64,000 nt of DNA, from NCBI GenBank assembly GCA_964057225.1, contig OZ059896.1:14384001-14448000 (forward strand), written 5' to 3'. Origin of the DNA: Auanema rhodensis (taxonomy: Eukaryota; Animalia; Nematoda). Position 1 is the first letter of the stretch. Each line of letters opens with the position of its first letter. The notes beneath the pieces were generated by a model. The model ran no database searches and was not told where the DNA came from. It worked only from the letters and a program-made list of their open reading frames with translations. This document shows, piece by piece, positions 55,026 to 64,000 of this stretch. A program made the position numbers and the translations under genes.

Positions 55026-57206
55026 GAGGAAATAGAAGGAAAGAGCACAGTATCTCACCAACTACTTTGCTCTATAACCTTTCTTTCTACAAACCTATTT
55101 AACAGATTATGTGAATAAAATGAGAAGAGATGTTGTAAGAATATTAGATAGAAAGAGAAATAAGGCGTAAGGGAAAAGTGTCTCAATGGTAGTTTATTCG
55201 TAGTTGTGTATGACCAATTGTATTCTTGTTAATTGCCACAACATTTAGCTCAATGTTCTATCTATTACCTTTCCTGAGAGAAACATTTGCTTCCAGCTCA
55301 AATCTCTTTTTTCTCTCTCTCTCTCTCCCTCTCTATCTCTTTCTCTTCGATATATACGTATTTCATACATTTCTAATTTGACCTTCATATGCTGATTGTT
55401 TAACCAAGACGACTTACTCTATATAATCCATCTGGTTCCAGTTAGCAGCTTATTCACGTATTATCTGCTTTTTCAATTGTATCTCTTGCAACCCCGTTAA
55501 ACTTTCTCTGCAAAGGGCTTCTGGCCACTTGAGCCACTTATCAGCCATAGCAACTGAATGCCAAAAGAGAGCGCCAGCAGTAGCTCAGTCTGACTCTTCC
55601 AGATTTTCTCGACCTTCAAATACAAACTCTTGAAGTTGTATATATAACATTGTCAGATTGAAAAAAAACTTATTATTGAAACTCAAAGGTTAAATAGTCA
55701 ATCGTGAAGTCAACGGAACTCTATCGGATCCGGTTCACAGCTAAAGAACAAAACTTTCTCGGCGTGTGTTCAAGGCTATTGAATTAAAATTGCAAGAAAC
55801 ATCTGTTTCTCACCACCTCAAACGAGGAGGTCTTGCTTTTTGATGGCATCTTGACCAAATGAAATTGAAGATTTGCTCCAGAAAAAAAGAGAAACAGAGC
55901 GAAAACGCCTCAAACATCAGACAAAAAAAAATTTTAGTTCATGTCTCCAGCAACTACCAGCTTCAATTTTTTTTTCTAAATTTCTAAATGAATGCTTCAA
56001 AACTGACGCCTTTGTGGCCGGTAGCAAGCTTGTCCAAGCTGTGGCCACACTTGCAGCTCTTCAAGCATAGCCAACTATGGCATATTCATGTGATATGTGA
56101 GAAAAAGTTTATACAACAACTCCAAATAGAAAACTTGATAGATCAGTTAGTTGGGACGGCAGCATAAGCAGAAGAAGTAGCAGTAGTAGTAGTAGTACTA
56201 CTAGTAGTAGTAGAATCATCAAGCATCATCTACTATTTCTATTCTTACTATTGCATGTACGTCAATTGTTTTTTAAAATTATTATTTGCTTTATTGAATA
56301 ATCTAAAGTTATTTGACAATATATTTCATTTGTCTTTTTTTTTCTCATCAAACATATTCATGTGAGCAACATATCAAATTCTTCATTGATTTACATATTA
56401 TAATTTCACGTTAGTCTTCACGTATGTCTTCCTCTTCACTATTAAAATCATTTGAACAGCAGAGTAACATATCGAACGGTTGATTGCTAGTTTTGGTTGT
56501 TTTTCTTCTCAATGCACATTCATTTCAACCCTATTTTTATCTTTTTATGCTTTTCTTCACAATTTTTTTAACAAAAACGTCTTCCAAGTGACACTTGGGT
56601 GACAAGTATGTTACAATTCCTAATCATAAGGAACATATCCCATTCTCCAGATATGAAAAATGTCATCTGACCAAGTATTATGTCTCATTACATCCGTCTC
56701 TTTCTTCTTTTTATCATCCTCTCTCAAATGACATACTAAATATTCTAAAAATCTTGTTCAAATATTCAAATATTACTTTTTCTGCAACATTGTTTATTCT
56801 TCCATCTGCCATTTTCTATATAATTTGTTATTTTTCTTTACTTTTTCAGTTATAATCCTTATTCATAATAGCTTATATGTATTGTAAATCTTTTGAGTGT
56901 TTCACGCTCATTTTCTAGCATTACTTCGTATATAAACAGCTTCGTATTCCAAGCATATTTCCATCTATGTTATAACATTCCTTCTTCATTCACCATTGAG
57001 AAATGCTAATAGTTGCAAACTTTTGAAAATTAATTTTAAATGGATCGGAAGGAATATTCCTACTTCAGAACGTTTGTTGGCTGAAAAAAAAATCCAAAAT
57101 GTATATGGTTCCTGCCGTTGAACTCTAAATTGCCTGAGGTCAATGCATAATTAAGATGAAACCAGACAATATGTAGATTTATTAATGTTAGCGAGTCGAA
57201 AAGAGT

Positions 57207-57279
57207 AGGACCTGGCCGGGTTCGAACCGGCGACCTTCTGCGTGTGAAGCAGACGTGATAACCACTACACCACAGGTCC
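57207..57279 (-). tRNA. tRNA-Val, anticodon CAC
   Basis: GGACCTG/CAGGTCC acceptor stem; TGGTGTAGTGG A-box; TCTGC-TT(CAC)AC-GCAGA anticodon arm; GGTTCGAACC B-box; T4 terminator at 57199-57202. Confidence 0.97.
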
Positions 57280-60000
57280 TTAAAGTTATTTTTCAAGTGG
57301 TTTTATTCCCTAACTTTGTTGAGCACATGCATTTTTAACCTTTTAAGCTCAAATGTCAGGAGAAAGAAAAAAAAGAAAAAGAAATTAGGTTTAGTGTAAA
57401 GTAGTCTGCAACTTTTCGTCCTCGATTGAAGAGTCACTTATAAGAATGGCGGAAAAATGGTCAATAGTGTTGGTGAATCTAATATGATTTGCCAATCTAT
57501 TTGACCATGATTGAGGATTTGGAATTTCATTTCCTAAACGAGGATTATATGAAAAATCAAAATATATGTAAGATTACTTAATAGAGAAATGTTTGACAAA
57601 TTTTTTGTACTTATTTCTGCAAATGGTTGTTTATTTTTCTTTTCAATAATCTTTATCCCTCTCCTTGTTTTAACTTTTTTTTCCTAACATATGTATATAT
57701 TTGTTTTGTTTTATTTTTGTTTCTTGAGAATTAGATGGACTGCTTAGTAAAATTAGCAAAATGGCACTGGATGTCTGGCTGTTATTACTTATTCAGCTAA
57801 TAACCAACAGAAGAAAGAATAAGACAACCAAGCAGATATATCTCGAATAAGAGATTAACTGGCCAGCCACAAAAAGAAAGGACAAATGGCTTCATTGGGT
57901 AACAGCTTACTTGTCCTCTTACCCACTACTTTCGTTTTCATTTCTTGCTTATAGTCTTTTTCCCTCTATCTCTTTCACTCTATGAATATATCTCCTTTTC
58001 CGGACCGAACTATCTACACATTCTAGTAGTTCTTGTCATCTGACACACAACGTGTCTAGTCTTCTCTGCTATTATACTCACAATGCTCTAACTCTGTAAA
58101 GCCTACTACATGATGTCTCTAATCAATCAATATATTTCTAATTTCGATTCTAATTTCATAATTTGAATTTGATATATCTTGTCAGGTTATGTCTTCTATT
58201 TTGATCATTTTCTATAGAAAAGTTGACAATATTTTAATTTTATCGCTATCACTTCAACTAATGAATTGATGGATTTGATTAGCAGCTGCCAGCATCACAT
58301 CAGTTCCACATTTCAGCTTTTCATTTCTCTTTTCTTACTTTTATATCTTTTATCAATACTTTTATATTGTATTTATCATCTATTCAATATATATATATTT
58401 ATATATTTCTTTGGTTTTCTTTTCAAAATGAATGAACTAGATCTTTGCTCTCCCTTTCCTCTTTCTAAATTTTTAAAAACCAACCGTTCTCTTTTAATTT
58501 CATCATATAAATGAAAAATAACCAGTGATATCACTGATTAACATAATTACATTTACGCTAGAATGATACGTGAATTTTTTCATTTTCACTCGTTTTATAT
58601 TTAGCTGCGTCTAATAATTTCTTGTGAAAATTCAAGAATTTCGAAAATATTTTTATACTTTCACCATAGTTCATGAACAAGTTTTCATGATTCTACTTAA
58701 AGTTGTTAACTACGTTTAGATCATTTTCAAGAGTAATCCTGCTTTTTTTAATTATTTTAGTTTCAAGTATTATGCAGTATTTTGTGCATAATTCAGCAAA
58801 TAATCTTTACTTATTCCTTTTTTTGGTCATAATTTAATGATATAGTCGTGAGGTTTTAAAGAAAAATAAAGAAGATAGAAAGGTCATAATGCTCATGACA
58901 TTCCAAAGTTTAGGCGCGAAGTAGTTAAAACATACAGAAACAATCTTCCCGGTTCATCATTATCAAGTTTCGATATGTATTTCAAACGAAATATGAAGTT
59001 AAAATGTGAAAGAGAAAGAGGAAGAAAGGAGAAAGATTAAGTATTTTTCATTTAATCACACTTTTCTCTGACTCATTCGATTAACTTTTCCTCTGATCAC
59101 TCACTACTTCTTAACCATTGAATCTCCTACTTCTCAATTATCATTCATTCTCTCCTTAACCCTCCCTCCTCTATTTCTTTCTTTCTACATCATCATTCTG
59201 TCTCTCTCTCTATATATATATCATTCTTCATTGTTTCTTAACTCCTGATATAATTTACCTGCAGGTCATTGAAATATAAAGTGCTACCTAACAGATATCT
59301 GTTTAAATTCCGATATCTTCTTCAGTTTATATGTTTATTCATTGAGCTGTTTTACTTAAAAACAACATTATTTGTTCATTTTATATTAAGTAATTAACAA
59401 GCAAATGTCTCTAAACATTTTACACATTTTTTTGTTTTTTTTTCCTCTTAACATCAGTTTTGTTAAAATGGATTTAAAGCTTTTCTAATGACTTTTTTAA
59501 GATAAAACATCTAACATTTATCTTTAAAACATGACTCAGAACTATTTTTAATGTTTTAAAGTACGTTTCTAATGATTAATTAGACTGTATTTCTCGATTC
59601 CTCCTCACCTTGCAAGCGTTTCCTGAAATTGGCAAGCTGTACACACTATACGACACTAATCTTAATACTGACACTGGTTTTTTGCAGCTAAATAGAACAA
59701 TTTTAAATTATTTTTCTAATCAAAAACAGAGTGTTACAATGATCTTTCAATTTTCTTTAATTTTTCTATAGAAAGGCGTTTCTTATTTCATTTTTTGGCA
59801 GCTTTCCCTCCCTAAATGCCTTTCCTATTCTTACACATCTAAACGAACGAACTGAACCAGTTAAAATTAGCTAAATATACTATATAAACGTGTTTTTTCT
59901 ATTTTTTATTATTATTTTTCTTTATGTTTATTCTCTTTTTCTATATTTATTACTATCTTTTCTATATTTTTCTTTTTTTTCAGCGAAATATGCGAACGAT

Positions 60001-62049
60001 ATGAAGTTAAAATCCGTATCGTCCACCTTATTGCCTTCGTTGATTGTAAGTTTTTTTTTTAATTTTTTATTTCTGATTTTCTATTTTTTTCAGTTAATTT
60101 TTAATAATTTTGTGTTTGTCTATACAACTACAACACCTCCAGATGGTACTGTAACATTGTTTTTATTTTCAAATTACCGTAATCTTTCAGTTCGATGGAG
60201 CTGTAGTGATACTTCGGTGCTTATATCCGTTCAAACAGTACAACCATTTGAAGGATTAATCAAAGCAAGGTAAGTACTATTATAGTTTTATTCAAGTTTT
60301 AAATTGTAAAATATCAAAAACTTTTTTCCTATTTTAGGGGAGCTACAGCACATGGTTGTTTCACCAGAGGCATAGGAACTAACCTATCAGTGTTGAAGTT
60401 AGATTTCAATCGAACTGACTGTGGAATGAAATATGATCAAGAAAAAGATTTTTATACTTTAACAGTAGATGTACATTCTCATCCAATTCTTATAATTGAC
60501 AGTGATCAATCAGTTAATATATCATGTCATAGCATTTCATCCAATTCATCAACCGTCTCATCCAGGTAATACAAGTTTTTTCCATTGTACTTAGGTATAA
60601 CATGGATGCTTTAGCTCTGATTCATCTTCTATATATCTACTTGAGATATATGACAAGGAAAATTTTGTATTGCATGATGTTCGTTATGCATCTCCATATA
60701 GTATACGTATCTCATCGTTTGATCGAACAAAGGATTTTACTGTCGGAAAATGCATTGCATTTTCAGAGAAAAATGAAAAAGAAGCTGTTCAAGTATCACA
60801 TATGAAATCAGTTTTTGCCTATGTAAATCATTTTCAGTTGACTGATTTTCGAGGATGTTCCGTATTTCCAACACTTTTTCAAGATTTTGTCCGAGGACCG
60901 ACAGGATTCACCTCAATATTTCCTTCCATGTTCAAGTTTCCGTCTAATTCTGAAATGACCATAACCTGTGACATACATCCGTGTGATGCAATTTGTGAGG
61001 TGGGATATGGTAACTTAGAAATGAAATCAGATTAAGCTAATTCAGGATTATGATTGCAATGCGTCAGCATCAAATGAAATTCCAAAAATCTTAGAAGAAA
61101 CAACAACAATGGAAATAGATTCAGAAACTGAAACGGCTAGCACCGTCATCAAAGTTCTCGAGAAAAAAACTTTCCGGCGTCCTATAATAGGTAATCGGCG
61201 TTTTTTTTCTTCGAAAAGATCAAAAAACTAATGTTTCAGACACCATTCTTGTTGATGACGTGCCAACTTCGCCGTCAATAGATTCGACTACAAAGGCTCA
61301 GAATATAATTACGTCTACATTAGCATCAACGGTTGTAGATGTACAACATCGATTAGACGACTGTGTTAGACCTACAGATGTCGATATAATGTATGCTTTA
61401 TGCATATTCCTGACAGGTTTTCAAAAATACGAAATCGAAAAAAAACTTTCTGTTTTTTCAGTTTGCTCAACGATTGGGTTCAGTATAAACATCATATTTG
61501 GATGTTTATTATGGAGAAATAGACGGTCTAAAGCATCGGAAGCAAAGGTTTCTCGGCAAACATTGTCGGTACCATCGGCAGGAACAGCTGATTTCTGGAT
61601 ATTGGATTCCAATAAAATACCAGGTTATTACCTTAAACACTTCTGAATCCTGAATTTCTCAACAACTGAATTTTTAGATGTTAGTAATAAATACGAAGCT
61701 ACTCGTACAGTAGATAGTTTTGCTTCTGTGAAGGTTAGAATAAGATTTACTGAACTTATTTGTAAATTCTTTTTTCAGCAAAAACCAAGACGATCCCAAC
61801 TTCCAATACTTGACTATGGTATGCCAACACCTTCACGAACATCAGATGGATCTTCGCGCGGTAGTGGACGTGAATTGAGTACAGATATATACCGCCGTCC
61901 AGACGTCAGTACATCAATAGATAACCATCTGTCTAGAAATCTATTTTCAGAATCGCCATAGCCAAAGCACATTCATGACTCCATCTACAACGATGGAAAC
62001 TGATTTAGATAGTTCAGTATCATCAAATCAAGCTTCATCCTACCACTAA
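60001..62049 (+). CDS. ZP-domain cuticlin-like (cutl-type) type I membrane protein, ~12 exons
   Basis: Signal-like N-terminus; VRWSCSDTSVLISVQTVQPFEGLI; DCGMKY; VHSHPILI...ISC; FTVGKCIA; LTDFRGCS; MFKFPSNSEMTITCDIHPC; TM LCIFLTVCSTIGFSINIIFGCLLW. The last exon ends NQASSYH* at 62049. Confidence 0.9.
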
Positions 62050-62171
62050 GTTTTTTTTAACTTAGGTTTTTCTGTTTTCTCCGACAATCAACTGGTGCAT
62101 GTACAATATTTTGTCTCATTTATATAAAATCTCTAGAAATCTCAAAGTAAAGTAGCGACTGTGCTCTTTCA

Positions 62172-62215
<44 letters not shown>

Positions 62216-62821
62216 ATATATTTCTATCTCTTTCTCTCTCTTTACATATATATGTATGTATCCCTCTCCCTTCCCTCGTTTTCTTTTTGCCACGACGAAT
62301 TCTTTTTTAAAGAAGAATCTGTTTCACGTATTTTTAAAAATGTGTATTCATTTGTTGTTATTCGCATATTTCATTATCTTAGAAATTTGTGGATTTAATC
62401 CATAGTTCAAGGTCTGATATCATCATCTCAATGCTCATAATATATACATAATTTCTATTTTTAATTCCAAAAAATTAATAAAAATATTAAATTTTGTTTA
62501 GAATTCTATTATTTGACGTTTAGAACTGAATATTTAAAATAATATTTGTAAAATCAACTGATAGAATCTTGATATTAACAGACAATAAGTTAAACAAATT
62601 ATGATACATTGATCTAATGACTGTCGGTTGGAAGAACTTTCATTGGTAGATTATCCATGGAGCAACTGAAATTTAATACTTAAACTTGAAAAACATACTA
62701 AACTGTTAGATGTAATGAAAAATTCATTAAAACAACAAGTAGGACAAGAAGACAATGGGACAAACTAAACTTAAAAATTCGTATAATTGACAAGTAAAAA
62801 GCTCACGAATCACAACAGAAG

Positions 62822-63956
62822 TTACATGTTAGCTCTTTTAGTCTCAATGACAAACCTGTAAAGGCACTGTTGAGCTGTAGCAGCAAGGAAGAGGAAAAGC
62901 ACACAGAACTTGAAGATAGCAATCATTGAGAAATTCTGAAAGTTTATAGATTTGATTGGAGAAAGAAAAATGTTTTAGTTAACCTGTAAAAGGATAAAAA
63001 CAACAATGATGTTGAGAGGAATACGGAAGAGGTTGATGGTTGTTGAGCGAGTTTCTTCTGGAACGTACGCTCCACGTAAGCATCCCATTGCTGGCCAGAA
63101 GATTCCAACACAGACCTGACCGAGATTTAATGAATAATTTACTTAATCTCTAAAATAGTTACCTCGAAGAGGATGAAAGCAGCAAAGATGAGGGCACTGT
63201 TGTCGGGAGCAATAATGGGAATTGAAAGACAAATAGCACTCAATAAGAGAACATATCTATAAAGCTATACTTGAAAGAGACAACTCGAAAGATAATCTGT
63301 TACCTCATGAAATCCTCGGGTGGAGAATTCTTAGCAATAATCTTGAAAACAGAAGATCCTATCATAGTAGCTACCATGAATGCTGCGAAGATGAAACCAT
63401 GGGGAATGCTAGAACTTTCACCCTCGGCAGTTGCAGCCTGAACTGATAGTATTTCAAAATTATGAGAATCAGTTGTCACTCACAGCAGTAAGAGCTGGGG
63501 TCCATTCCAACACGAAAACATACATGGATCCCTCGAAGAGAGATTGAACAAGTCCCAAGCAAAGTACCTTGACATCTGAATAACGGAGCTGACATGAATA
63601 TGGATCGAAGCAATCAACAAACCACTACGAATGTTGAAAATAGCTCTAGAGAATGACTCCTGTACAGCAGCTTTTTCATTTCCATAGTTTTCAGGCCAGG
63701 TATTCATGAGAACAATACACATAAGACCAAGAATAACAAGAGCTACATCGAAAGGTGCTCTAAAAGAATAAGAAAAGTAATTAATATATTTCTCATCTAA
63801 AAAAGAGAAGAAGATACATATAATTATAAAAACTTACACATAACCAAAATGGTCAGCAACAAATTGGGCAACTACACCAGATATTATAGCAACTAAAGAG
63901 TTACCTAAGGCGGCATGTGAAAAGATATTTCCAAGCTGAGTATCAGAAAATCCTCT
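62822..63956 (-). CDS. MFSD5: MFS transporter, MFSD5/molybdate-anion transporter family, 3' half (5' end beyond the window)
   Basis: GNSLVAIISGVVAQ, APFDVA, WPENYG, GLVQSLFEGSMYVFVLEWTPAL, IPHGFIFAAFMVATMIGS, FEVCVGIFWPAMGCLR..VPEETRSTTINLFRIPLN. Read-through stop at 62822; an alternative last exon may lie at 62614-62665. Confidence 0.92.
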
Positions 63957-64000
63957 CTGAAATCGATTATGGTAATCTTCAATACGTTAATTATCGATGA

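Overview
Eukaryotic, very AT-rich genomic DNA, almost certainly from a nematode: introns are numerous and short (about 42-75 nt) with GT..TTTCAG/TTTTAG ends, there are trans-splice-like acceptors just before ATGs, an Srsx chemoreceptor and a cuticlin. The ORF track is mostly spurious, so genes were assembled by hand from splice signals. In order: the 5' part of a secreted Cys-rich protein (-); a ~22-exon single-pass receptor tyrosine pseudokinase with an apparent kinase-less short isoform (+); an orphan membrane protein (+); a tiny 4-exon 56-aa gene (-); a ~19-exon secreted heme peroxidase (-); two single-pass PY-motif proteins resembling Nedd4 adaptors (+) flanking an Srsx GPCR (+); tRNA-Val(CAC) (-); a ZP/cuticlin-like protein (+); and the 3' half of an MFSD5-type transporter (-). 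Non-coding DNA is packed with (CT/AG)n tracts. It also carries a recurring paired-ACGT (E-box-like) dyad, usually 12 bp apart, next to AT-rich tracts and often near an octamer-like word, every few kb. This dyad is the main unexplained structure. All homology calls come from motif recognition only; no searches were run.
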